Assembly (NCBI GenBank): GCA_021790295.1
Contig: JAJYIC010000002.1
Coordinates: 1-28,475 of the forward strand
Direction of reading: 5' to 3'
Origin: Pseudomonadota bacterium
GTDB lineage: Bacteria > Pseudomonadota > Alphaproteobacteria > ATCC43930 > CGMCC-115725
DNA length: 28,475 bases
Shown: one piece after another, positions 1 to 8,548 of the stretch
Position numbering within the stretch: the first letter of the stretch is position 1
How the letters are laid out: every line of letters starts with the position of its first letter
Made by a program: the position numbers and the translations under genes
The notes under the pieces: model-generated
Database searches by the model: none
What the model was told of the DNA's origin: nothing
Seen by the model: only the letters and a program-made list of their open reading frames with translations

Positions 1-26
1 GTTCGGATCGGATAACGAAAACGACT

Positions 27-125
27 ATGCCCAATTCTGCCGTCAAACACCTGGAAGCCGAAATCAAGGAACTGGAATACGAACTCCACAACGTTCTGCC
101 CAAGGAACTCGAACGCGCGCGCGCC
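27..125 (+). pseudogene. greA: 5' fragment of a GreA-type transcription elongation factor (short, Acidobacteria-like N-terminus), truncated at a junction
   Basis: MPNSAVKHLEAEIKELEYELHNVLPKELERARA matches the GreA N-terminal coiled-coil pattern; the expected (H/L)GDLSENAEY that follows is absent. Confidence 0.6.
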
Positions 126-230
126 TCTGAGGCGCCTCTTCTCGGGGAAGCAAACGAGGCCATTTTCGCGGGCGAACTCGCTCTTTCCCCGAGCGAAATC
201 CAAACCCTCAGCGCGGAACGGGTGTTGTGA
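126..230 (+). pseudogene. 3' remnant of a family III (CaiB/BaiF) CoA-transferase
   Basis: EAPLLGEANEAIFAGELALSPSEIQTLSAERVL* matches the C-termini of the other transferases in this window (PLLGQHNDEVYGGVLGL..ELRGRGVI; PRLGADNEMVLGSLLGL..ELVAAGAV). Its TGA overlaps the GTG start of the next gene. Left boundary is approximate. Confidence 0.75.
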
Positions 231-1402
231 GCAAAGCAAAAAGAAAGGGCGCTCTCGAGGGGGTTCGCATCCTCGATTTCAGTTGGGTTTGGGCGGGACC
301 CCAGGCGACCAAGATGCTCGGCGCCATGGGCGCGGAAGTGATCAAGATCGAAACCGCGACGCGGCCCGAATTCACCAACCGCGTCGGCTGGTTCCGCGTT
401 CTCAACAACAACAAGAAAAGCTGCAGCATCGACATACGCCACCCCCGAGGCCAGGATCTGATCCGCGCTCTCGCGGTCAAAAGCGATGTCGTGGTCGAGA
501 ATTTTTCCTCCGGCGTTTTATCGAAGTATGGGCTCGGTTACGAAGATCTCCGGCGCCTCTGCCCCGACATCGTTTTCCTCTCCGCTTCGGGCGTGGGGCG
601 CACCGGCCCGCAACAGAGCGCTCTTGCCTACGGCACGCTGTTGCAAGCCTATAGCGGCCGCGCGGGGATGATCGGCGCCGTCAATCCGCGCATGGAAGCG
701 ATGGGGATCCAGCCCGCCTGGACGGATCCCATCACCGCATTATGGGAAGGGGTTGCGATCCTCGCCGCCCTCATTCATAGGCGTCAGAGCGGAGCGGGCG
801 CCTTTATCGATCTCTCGATGCTCGAAAGCACCGTGGCGCTTTTGCCCGAGGCTCTTTTGCGTCAAGGGCTCGGTTTGAGCGAGGCGGGAGGGAATTCGGA
901 AAAGGGCGCCGCCCCTTGCGGCTCTTTCCGCTGCGCGGGCGAAGATGCCTGGCTCGCGCTTTCGGTGCGCTCGCAGGAAGAGTGGCTCGGGCTTGCCCGG
1001 GCGATGAGGCGCCCCGATCTCGAGGCGGACCCGCGCTATGCCGACCCTTCCCTCCGCCTCGCCCAAAAAGAGGCGCTTGACGGCGAAGTCGCCGCCTGGC
1101 TGCGGGGAGAAGACGCGGCCGAAGCCGAAGCGCTGTTGCAGGCGCAGAGGGTTCCGGCGGCGCGGGCGCGCCATATCGGTGAGTTGATCGAGGATCCTCA
1201 CGTCATCGCCCGCGGGCTTTACGCCCACCTTGCGGACGGCTCCTGCACGACCACGCTCCCCTGGATCGACGACACCGGCGGGCGCGGCGTTTCGACGCCA
1301 ACGCCGCGCCTCGGGGCGGATAACGAGATGGTTCTCGGTTCGCTTTTGGGCTTGAGCCGGGAGCGCATCGAGGAACTCGTCGCCGCCGGAGCGGTGCGCT
1401 GA
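227..1402 (+). CDS. Family III CoA-transferase (CaiB/BaiF), subunit carrying the catalytic Asp
   Basis: LEGVRILDFSWVWAGP, GAEVIKIE, NNNKKS, DVVVENF and WTDP (Asp codon at 725-727); GTGA start/stop overlap. Confidence 0.93.
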   Translation: MSKAKRKGALEGVRILDFSWVWAGPQATKMLGAMGAEVIKIETATRPEFTNRVGWFRVLNNNKKSCSIDIRHPRGQDLIRALAVKSDVVVENFSSGVLSKYGLGYEDLRRLCPDIVFLSASGVGRTGPQQSALAYGTLLQAYSGRAGMIGAVNPRMEAMGIQPAWTDPITALWEGVAILAALIHRRQSGAGAFIDLSMLESTVALLPEALLRQGLGLSEAGGNSEKGAAPCGSFRCAGEDAWLALSVRSQEEWLGLARAMRRPDLEADPRYADPSLRLAQKEALDGEVAAWLRGEDAAEAEALLQAQRVPAARARHIGELIEDPHVIARGLYAHLADGSCTTTLPWIDDTGGRGVSTPTPRLGADNEMVLGSLLGLSRERIEELVAAGAVR

Positions 1403-1474
1403 AGAGGGGCGCGCCTCTCGCGTCCCTTTGCGCCCCGGTTCCGCGCCCTTTCAACGGCAAAAGGAGAAGAAGGC

Positions 1475-2464
1475 ATGCGCCCAGTCCTTTCAGTCGAGCC
1501 GCCCGAGCTTTTCTTCGAGGATTTTGACGAAGGCGGGGAATTTCCGGTCGAGACCCGGGGGCCTTTGATGGTCGGCCATCAGGTGCGCTGGGCGGGCGCG
1601 ACCGACAATTACGATTCGGAATTCCACCACGACGAATATGTGGCAAAGGCCCAAGGGCTGCCGGGAATCCTTCTCTCCGGCCCTTTTATCGCCGCCTGGC
1701 TTCTCTCCTCGATCAACCGCTGGATGGGACGAGAAGCGCGCGTCCTGCGCTTTGCCGACCGCAACACCGGCTGGATCATGCCGCGCGAGGTTTTGCGCTT
1801 TGAGGGCCGCGTCGCAAGCACCGCCCGGCAGGAAGGAGGAGGCCTTGTCGATCTCGATTGCCGGGTCGAAAACGATCGCGGCGTTACGGTGACGACGGCG
1901 AGGGCGAGTCTCCTCCTGCCTTCGCGCGAGAAAAGCGCCAAGAGGGCGGCGCTTTCGCCCCTCGCACCGGAAGAAAACGCCAGGGAAAACGGCACGGAAA
2001 ACCGGGCGCCCGTTGGCGCCGGGGCGCTCGAAGCCGAACTGCAAAAAATGCTCGGGCCGATGGGCGAACCCGAAACCTTGCCGATCGAACTCCTCGCCGT
2101 CAGGCGCATGGCGACGACCGTCGAGGATTTCGATCCGATCCATTTCGACGAGGAAAAAGCGCGCTCCCGCGGCTATCGCGGGATCGTCGCGCCTTGGCCC
2201 ATCCTATGGCTTCTCTATTTCAACTGTTCGCATCAGAGGCCGCAATTCTCTTTCGGCAAGGCCACCGTTCACGGCGAAGACGCCTATGCGTTTTTCGAAC
2301 CGATCATCGTTGGCGACAGCATCACGGTCGAGGCCGCGGTCACCGATGCGCGGGTGAAAGAGGGCCGTTCCGGCCTTCTCGGCTTTCTCACGACGGAGCG
2401 CCGTTTTGTCAACGGTTCGGGGAAGTTGTGCGCCACCCTGCGCACCCTCGTGATCAGGCGTTGA
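1475..2464 (+). CDS. Double hotdog-fold (MaoC + MaoC_dehydrat_N-like) acyl-CoA hydratase/dehydratase
   Basis: Domain 1: FFEDF..G, RWAGATDNYDSEFHHD, GLPGILLSG. Domain 2: EDFDPIHFDEEKARSRGYRGIVAP, HGEDAYAFFEPIIVGDSI. AGGAG RBS upstream. Confidence 0.88.
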   Translation: MRPVLSVEPPELFFEDFDEGGEFPVETRGPLMVGHQVRWAGATDNYDSEFHHDEYVAKAQGLPGILLSGPFIAAWLLSSINRWMGREARVLRFADRNTGWIMPREVLRFEGRVASTARQEGGGLVDLDCRVENDRGVTVTTARASLLLPSREKSAKRAALSPLAPEENARENGTENRAPVGAGALEAELQKMLGPMGEPETLPIELLAVRRMATTVEDFDPIHFDEEKARSRGYRGIVAPWPILWLLYFNCSHQRPQFSFGKATVHGEDAYAFFEPIIVGDSITVEAAVTDARVKEGRSGLLGFLTTERRFVNGSGKLCATLRTLVIRR

Positions 2465-2576
2465 AAAGGGTTCCCGGATTAGACACGGGAGCCTGCCTGC
2501 GAGGATCGAGACCCTTGGGTCAGGCCCCGCAAGGCGGCTTCCGCTGCGGCTTCGGCTCTGCCCTCGGCATCACTTC

Positions 2577-2780
2577 CTAGGGCGCGCGGGCATAGTTTTC
2601 GGGGTGGGCGAGAAACTTGCTGCGACATTCGAGGCTGTCGAAATAATACCACGTACCGTTGTAGAATTGCCGCGTCCCCTTCGCCGGATCGGTCTCCGGT
2701 GCGCCGTGGGCGGTAAAACCTGTGGTCGCGCGCGCCGCCCTTTCATCGATGGCCTTGCCGCAAACCGGACACTCTGCCAT
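2577..2780 (-). CDS. YHS/TRASH-like small metal-binding domain protein
   Basis: CPVCG...YNGTWYYFDSLECRSKFLAHPENY follows the YHS pattern. It lies 57 nt downstream of the acyl-CoA dehydrogenase on the same strand, with GGGGAG upstream. Confidence 0.8.
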   Translation of the reverse strand: MAECPVCGKAIDERAARATTGFTAHGAPETDPAKGTRQFYNGTWYYFDSLECRSKFLAHPENYARAP

Positions 2781-2837
2781 GCCCCTTTTCTCCCTTTGCT
2801 GATTGCGCGCGAAATTTTCCGGCTTCTCGCTCCCCTT

Positions 2838-4019
2838 TCAGGGTTCGGGAACGACCGGCACCGGTCTCCCCAGAATGACGCGCCCCGGATGGTCGAGAAG
2901 CGCCTCGGCGATCCGCGCGCGATGCTCGTAGCTGGTGCCGAGCCTCAAGGTCCATGCCGCGACGCGCCGGTACCAGAGGTGAAGGTCGAATTCCATCATA
3001 AAGCCGATCCCGCCATGGATCGTCTGGCAAAGGCGAACCACCGCCTCGCATTTCTCGTTGCAAAAGGCCTTGGCCTGGGAAACCTCGACAGCGGCCGGAA
3101 GGCCCTGATCCATCTTCCAAAGCGCCTCAGAGGTGAGAAGCTCGCCGCCGTCGATCCACATCAGCATGTCGGCGCCCATATGCCAGATCGATTGGAAGGC
3201 GCCGATAGGCTGGCCGAAAGCGCGGCGGAATTTGGCGTATTCGATCGCGGTTTCGAAGTCTTTGCGCGTCGCCCCCAGCATCTCCGAGCAAAGAAGGGCG
3301 GTCGCCTCCTCCAAGAGGCGCTGCGCGGCCGGCGCTCCCTCATGGAGCCTTCCGACAAGAGAGGATTTGGGGACCAGGACATCGGCAAAGGTCACTTCGC
3401 TCACCTTGTCTTTGGCGAGGGTGACGAGAGGCCTCTCGGAAATGCCGCGGGTCTTGGTGTCGACAAGGAAAAGCGAAAGCCCGGCGCTTTGCGGCGAAGC
3501 CGGAGCGGTGCGGCAAACGACGAGACAGCGATCGGCGGCGGCAAAATTTTCGACAAAAAGCTTGGTGCCGTTGATGACGAAATCAGCGCCCGACGCTTTC
3601 GCTTCGGTCTTGACCGTTTGCGGGAGAAAACGCGGATCCTGTTCCGAGAAAGCCCAGGTGAGGACGGTGTCGCCGGCGCTGACGGCCGGCAGCAGGGAAG
3701 CCTTCTCTTCTTCCGAGCCCTCTCTTGCAACGGCGAGAGCCGTCACCACCGTAGAGAGAAGCGGCAAAGGGGCGACGGCGCGCCCGATCTCTCCGAAAAT
3801 GAGGCCGAGATAGGTGAGAGGCATGCCGCTTCCGCCATAGCGTTCGGGCAAAGCCATCCCTTGCCAGCCGAGATCCGCGGCCTTTTTCCACAACGCCGGA
3901 GGATAGCCTTTGGCGTCGTTTTCCATCTCGCGTACGAGGCGGGTCGGGCATTCCGCCTCGAGGAACTTGCGGGCGGTCTCACGGACCATCAATTCTTCTT
4001 CAGTCAGTGTCGTATCCAT
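2838..4019 (-). CDS. Acyl-CoA dehydrogenase, beta-type subunit of a probable heteromeric pair
   Basis: Start re-assigned to MDTTLTEEELMVRE (GGAGG upstream). Motifs: INGTKLFV, EYAKFRRAFGQPIGAFQ, HGGIGF..EFDLHLWYRR. Confidence 0.92.
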   Translation of the reverse strand: MDTTLTEEELMVRETARKFLEAECPTRLVREMENDAKGYPPALWKKAADLGWQGMALPERYGGSGMPLTYLGLIFGEIGRAVAPLPLLSTVVTALAVAREGSEEEKASLLPAVSAGDTVLTWAFSEQDPRFLPQTVKTEAKASGADFVINGTKLFVENFAAADRCLVVCRTAPASPQSAGLSLFLVDTKTRGISERPLVTLAKDKVSEVTFADVLVPKSSLVGRLHEGAPAAQRLLEEATALLCSEMLGATRKDFETAIEYAKFRRAFGQPIGAFQSIWHMGADMLMWIDGGELLTSEALWKMDQGLPAAVEVSQAKAFCNEKCEAVVRLCQTIHGGIGFMMEFDLHLWYRRVAAWTLRLGTSYEHRARIAEALLDHPGRVILGRPVPVVPEP

Positions 4020-4101
4020 AAGAGATCCTCCAGGAAGAGCCCCTTTCGGGCCTCGCCCGTTTCGATCATTGCGCCTGAAAAAAGCCGGCCTCGAACCGCC
4101 C

Positions 4102-5331
4102 TCACTTGCGCGGCATGTCGAGACCGCGGCGGGCAACTTGGTCGCGCATGACCTGAGTGCTGCCGTGGTTTATCCCGGACTGGAAGGCGCCCATCAGATT
4201 GTGGGCGAAAACGCCGCTTTCGATCGCCAGAGGCGAGCCGTTGAGCAACTGCCCGTAAGGCCCCAAAATCTGGGCGATGGCTTCGGTCGTCTTGACCCCG
4301 TGTTCGGGCGCCCAGACCTTCTCGGCAGAACCTTCATAAGTGAAATTGCCGCCGTGCTCGACGATCGACATGCTGCGCATCGTCATCAGGCGGCAGATCT
4401 GGGCCTCGATCCACAATTCCGCGATCTTGTCCCTGACCGCCGGATCCTTGGCCGGGGCATAACCGTCGAAGCTGTTCTCCTTGATCCAATTGACGATATC
4501 TTCGTCGCGGCGGACCGAAATGAGATAGCGCATGGCGCCGACCCGGTCGAGGTTGAGCCCCATGGCGCCGACCCGCCAGCCTTCGTTCTCCGCTCCGAGA
4601 AGAGCCGACCGCGGCACCCTTACGTCATCGAAGAAAACCTCGTTTGTCCGGGCCGTGCCGTAGGTCGTTCCGCTCGGCGCCCTGGGGGCGTTCTGGATCG
4701 TCCACAAAGGCCGCACGGTAATGCCCGGGGTATCCATCGGGATGAGAAAGATGGAGATGCCCCGGTGCTTGGGAAGATCGGGGTTGGTGCGGGCCATCAG
4801 GTAGATGTGGGTGGCGAAATGAGCGGCCGAGGTGTACATCTTCTGGCCGTTGATGGCGAACTCCTCGCCGTTGCCGACGCCGACGGCCCGGCACTGCAAG
4901 GAAGCGAGATCCGCCCCGGCGTTCGGCTCGGTAAAACCCAAGGCAAAGGAAACTTCGCCGCTGATAAGCCTTGGAATGAAATAGCGCTTCTGCTCTTCCG
5001 TTCCGGCGGCGAGGATTGCGGGCGCGCCGCTTCCGCCGAGCCCGACGGCGATGTTGACCCGGCCGAATTCTTCCTCGACGATGTATTGAGAGAGGCGGTC
5101 GCCGCCCTGCCCTCCGTACTCCTTGGGATAGCTGATCCCGAGCCAGCCGCGCGCCGCGATCTTTTGGAAAAGCTCGTAAAGAGGACCGCTTTTATGACGG
5201 CTCGGGCTTGCGCCGAAGCCGTCGTTCAACTCCTCCATCTCCGCGCGCAACTCCGGGGTCAGGTTTTCGGCGATAAAGGCGCGCACGCTTTTGCGAAGAG
5301 CCTCTTGCTCCGGTGTGTATCCGAAATCCAT
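4102..5331 (-). CDS. Acyl-CoA dehydrogenase, alpha-type subunit of a probable heteromeric pair
   Basis: MDFGYTPEQEALR, FALGFTEPNAGADLASL, INGQKMYTS, KHRGISIFL, NEVFFDDVRVP, ENEGW. It lacks the RxxFG..IG motif that the partner has. Confidence 0.93.
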   Translation of the reverse strand: MDFGYTPEQEALRKSVRAFIAENLTPELRAEMEELNDGFGASPSRHKSGPLYELFQKIAARGWLGISYPKEYGGQGGDRLSQYIVEEEFGRVNIAVGLGGSGAPAILAAGTEEQKRYFIPRLISGEVSFALGFTEPNAGADLASLQCRAVGVGNGEEFAINGQKMYTSAAHFATHIYLMARTNPDLPKHRGISIFLIPMDTPGITVRPLWTIQNAPRAPSGTTYGTARTNEVFFDDVRVPRSALLGAENEGWRVGAMGLNLDRVGAMRYLISVRRDEDIVNWIKENSFDGYAPAKDPAVRDKIAELWIEAQICRLMTMRSMSIVEHGGNFTYEGSAEKVWAPEHGVKTTEAIAQILGPYGQLLNGSPLAIESGVFAHNLMGAFQSGINHGSTQVMRDQVARRGLDMPRK

Positions 5332-5778
5332 CCTCGTCTCACTCCCTCTTCTTCCGGCTCGCGCAAACAGGGTTTGGCGCAGCCGGACCCTCGCGGGTTG
5401 CCCCGTGCCCCGAAGGACAGAACCGGGGGAAGAGACTATGACGCCAAAGAGGGGCTTCTCAACATGCGAATAAAGCGCCCCCCCGGCGCGGAATCATGGG
5501 CAAGACCCTTTGCCCCGGCGGCGGCCGCCGGAGCGATTGATCCAAATCAATGCCGCGTTTCGAGCGCCCGTCCGAGGCTTTGGCGGGCCGCGCCGGGCAA
5601 AGAGGACCCTAAACGCGGGAAGGCAGAGAACGGTTTTTCTTCGCCACGGCCGAAACGGCCGCACCGTTGGTGAGCCTTTGACGACGGCGAGAAAGCCCTG
5701 CCGCGCGGGAGGAGGCGCGCGCAACCCTGCCGAACGCTTTTCGAAGGGCGGAGAGGGTTTGCCGAGAGCGGCTTTGTT

Positions 5779-5784
5779 TATAAT
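5779..5784 (+). promoter_or_regulatory. Possible sigma70-type -10 element
   Basis: Perfect TATAAT in a GC-rich context, ending 6 nt before ATG 5791; no well-spaced -35 found. Confidence 0.35.
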
Positions 5785-5790
5785 AAGAGG

Positions 5791-6993
5791 ATGAACATGT
5801 TCCCCTCAGCATTGGACGACATCAAGGTTCTCGATCTGAGCCGGGGGATCGCTGGGCCGCTTTGCGCGAGGCTCCTCGGCGATTTCGGCGCCGATGTGAT
5901 CAAGGTCGAGCCTCGCGAAGGCGAATGCGGGCGGCGCATGCCGCCCTTTTTCGGGACAGAGCCCGATCCCGAAAAAAGCCTCTTCTTCCTTCTCGCCAAT
6001 CTCAACAAGCGCGGCGTCACCCTCGATCTCGAAACCCCGCAAGGCGCGGCCCTCCTCCGCGCCCTCGCCCGCAAGGTCGACGTCGTCGTCGAAAGCTTCC
6101 CTCCGGGCTATCTCGCCTCTCAGGGCCTCGATCTCGCCTCTCTCGAAAGGGAGAACCCGGGGCTCATCATGACCTCGATCACGCCTTTCGGCCAAACCGG
6201 CCCCAAGAGCCATTACAACGGAAACGAGATCGTCGCCTACGCGACGAGCGGAATCATGCACATCAGCGGCACCGCCGATCGCGAGCCTTTGAAACACGGC
6301 GGGTTTCCCGCCCAGTACGAGGCCGGCATGAACGGCATGCTGGCGACTCTCATGGCGCTCCTGGTTCGCGACGAAACCGGAGAGGGCCAGGCGGTTGACG
6401 TCTCGGTGCAGGAGGTTGCGGCCTCGACCCTGGTGATCAATCAGCCTTATTACAGCTGGAGCGGGGGCGTCCAGAACCGCCGGCGTTCGGAGGGGAGCCT
6501 TTTCGGCCAGGTCACCCCATGCAAAGACGGGTTTTTTGTCTGCCAGGAAGGCGGCGGCGCCTCCTGGGATGAGCTGGCCGATTTTTTCGGGCGGGAGGAA
6601 TTGAAAGAGGAGCGTTTTGCCGATCCGGCGCAAAGGGCTTTGAACGGAGAAGCTCTCGACGAGATCCTCTTGGCCGCGACCTGCGAACGCAGCATGGCGG
6701 AAATGTTCGAGACCGCTTGCGGGAAGTACCGGATGCTGTTCGGGATCGTGCAGACCCCTGCCGACCTTGCGCGCTGTCGCCAGCTCGAAGCGCGAAAATT
6801 CTACGAAGAGGTGGACCACCCGGTGATCGGCAGGATCAGGGTTCCATTCCGCCTCTTCAACATGACCGCCGGCGGCGCCCAGTGCCGGCGTCCCTCCCCT
6901 CTCCTCGGCCAGCACAACGATGAGGTCTACGGCGGCGTCCTCGGGCTTTTGGAGAAGGAACGCGCGGAATTGCGCGGCCGCGGCGTCATCTGA
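5791..6993 (+). CDS. Family III CoA-transferase, probable non-catalytic subunit (Asp replaced by Gln)
   Basis: KVLDLSRGIAGPLC, GADVIKVEP, NLNKRGVTLDL. FPAQYEAG has Gln (6313-6315) where the catalytic Asp aligns. Start could be 5797. Confidence 0.92.
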   Translation: MNMFPSALDDIKVLDLSRGIAGPLCARLLGDFGADVIKVEPREGECGRRMPPFFGTEPDPEKSLFFLLANLNKRGVTLDLETPQGAALLRALARKVDVVVESFPPGYLASQGLDLASLERENPGLIMTSITPFGQTGPKSHYNGNEIVAYATSGIMHISGTADREPLKHGGFPAQYEAGMNGMLATLMALLVRDETGEGQAVDVSVQEVAASTLVINQPYYSWSGGVQNRRRSEGSLFGQVTPCKDGFFVCQEGGGASWDELADFFGREELKEERFADPAQRALNGEALDEILLAATCERSMAEMFETACGKYRMLFGIVQTPADLARCRQLEARKFYEEVDHPVIGRIRVPFRLFNMTAGGAQCRRPSPLLGQHNDEVYGGVLGLLEKERAELRGRGVI

Positions 6994-7044
6994 GTTTTGC
7001 AACTGGGCTGCAGGGCGCCGGGGATGGTGAGGAGCGAAAGCGGA

Positions 7045-8412
7045 ATGGAAGAGAGAGAAAAAAAGCTGCCGCTCGAAGGGCTGCGGATCGTCGACATCAG
7101 CAATATCTTTTCGCTGCCTTACGCTTCGGCCCTTCTTGCCGACCTCGGCGCCGAAGTCATCAAGATCGAGGGCCCGGGGAGGATCGATCTCACCCGCCAA
7201 GGCGGACTTTCCGGCGCCTATCCCGACAACCAGCCGGGGGACGACCCCTGGAACCGGATGAGCACTTTCAATCTTCTCAACCGCGGCAAGAAAGACCTGA
7301 CGCTCGACCTCAGCCGGCCCGAAGGGCGCGAGGTCCTCAAAGACCTGATCAAGATCAGCGACGTCTTGATGGAGAATTTCACGCCTCGGGTCATGCGCAA
7401 CTGGAAGCTCGATTACCCGAATGCGAAAAAGTTGAATGACGACCTGATCATGGTGTCAAACAGCGGCTATGGCCAGGAAGGGCCTTATTCGCAATATCCG
7501 GCTCAGGCCACCACCCAGGAAGCAACCCACGGGCTTGCCGACGCCACCGGGTACGAAGGCGGCGCGCCGTCGAAGGCCGGGCAATCTTTTGTCGATTTCC
7601 TCGCCACCTGGGCTCTCGTCATGGGCACGGCGCTCGCCTTGCGTTACCGGCGCCGTTTCGGCAAAGGGTTGTGGGTCGACGTCGGCATGTACCAGCTCGG
7701 CTGCGCCATGGTCAGCGAACGCATTCTCGACCACGAGGCCAATGGCCGCCGCAGCGAACGCATCGGCAACCGCCATCCTTGGCTTGCCCCCCAGGGCTGC
7801 TACCGCTGCGCCGGAGAGGACCAGTGGTGCGTCCTTTCGGTGCGTGACGAAGAGGAGTGGAAGGCTTTATGCCGGGAAATAGGCCGGCCGGAACTCGAAA
7901 GCGACGAACGCTTTCTTTCGAATGAAGCGCGCATCGCCCACCACGACGAAATCGATGCGGTGATCGGCGCGTGGACGGCCCGTCAAGACAAATTCGCGGT
8001 GATGGAACGCCTCCAGGCGGCCGGCGTTCCCGCAGGCGCGGTCTTCGACGCGCGCGATCTCAATCTCGACCCGCATCTGCGTTCCCGCGGCTTTCTCGAA
8101 ACACTCGACTTCCCTCCCGAGCGCGGCATCGGCAAAAGGCAGATCATCGGCCGGCCTTGGCGCCTCGGCAAGACTCCGCTGCGGGCGCGCGGGCCCGCCC
8201 CGACCTTGGGACAAAACAATCGCGCGATCCTCGAAGGCCTTCTCGGCTACAGCAGGGTGCGGGTCGAAGAGCTCGAAGAGGCAAAGATCATAGCCACGGA
8301 GCCGACAAAGGCGCGCCCTGTCGTTCACCTCGAGATGGACGAGCATGTAAGGCAAGGCCGCCTCTCCTATTGGGACCCCGATTTCAAGGCGCACCTCGAC
8401 AGCGAAGAGTGA
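7045..8412 (+). CDS. Family III CoA-transferase, catalytic-Asp subunit with C-terminal extension
   Basis: Start re-assigned to MEEREKKLPLEG (GAGGAG upstream). Motifs: LGAEVIKIE, LNRGKKDLTLDL, MENFTP, FVDFLA (Asp at 7594-7596). About 40 extra C-terminal residues. Confidence 0.92.
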   Translation: MEEREKKLPLEGLRIVDISNIFSLPYASALLADLGAEVIKIEGPGRIDLTRQGGLSGAYPDNQPGDDPWNRMSTFNLLNRGKKDLTLDLSRPEGREVLKDLIKISDVLMENFTPRVMRNWKLDYPNAKKLNDDLIMVSNSGYGQEGPYSQYPAQATTQEATHGLADATGYEGGAPSKAGQSFVDFLATWALVMGTALALRYRRRFGKGLWVDVGMYQLGCAMVSERILDHEANGRRSERIGNRHPWLAPQGCYRCAGEDQWCVLSVRDEEEWKALCREIGRPELESDERFLSNEARIAHHDEIDAVIGAWTARQDKFAVMERLQAAGVPAGAVFDARDLNLDPHLRSRGFLETLDFPPERGIGKRQIIGRPWRLGKTPLRARGPAPTLGQNNRAILEGLLGYSRVRVEELEEAKIIATEPTKARPVVHLEMDEHVRQGRLSYWDPDFKAHLDSEE

Positions 8413-8548
8413 GCGTCTGCGGCCCGCCGCAGGGACAAGAGGGCCGCGGCGCAAGCGGCCGAAAGGCAGCGGGGCTCTGCCCGCGACGCGGGCAGAGGAA
8501 GGCGGTAGAATGCGGCAAACGGGTCAAACCCGAGGATCGGAGGCGCCG

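Noticed and set aside
2604-5673. Long plus-strand ORFs 2604-4151 and 3910-5673
   Set aside because: They are antisense shadows of the two acyl-CoA dehydrogenases, expected in GC-rich DNA, with no recognisable motifs.
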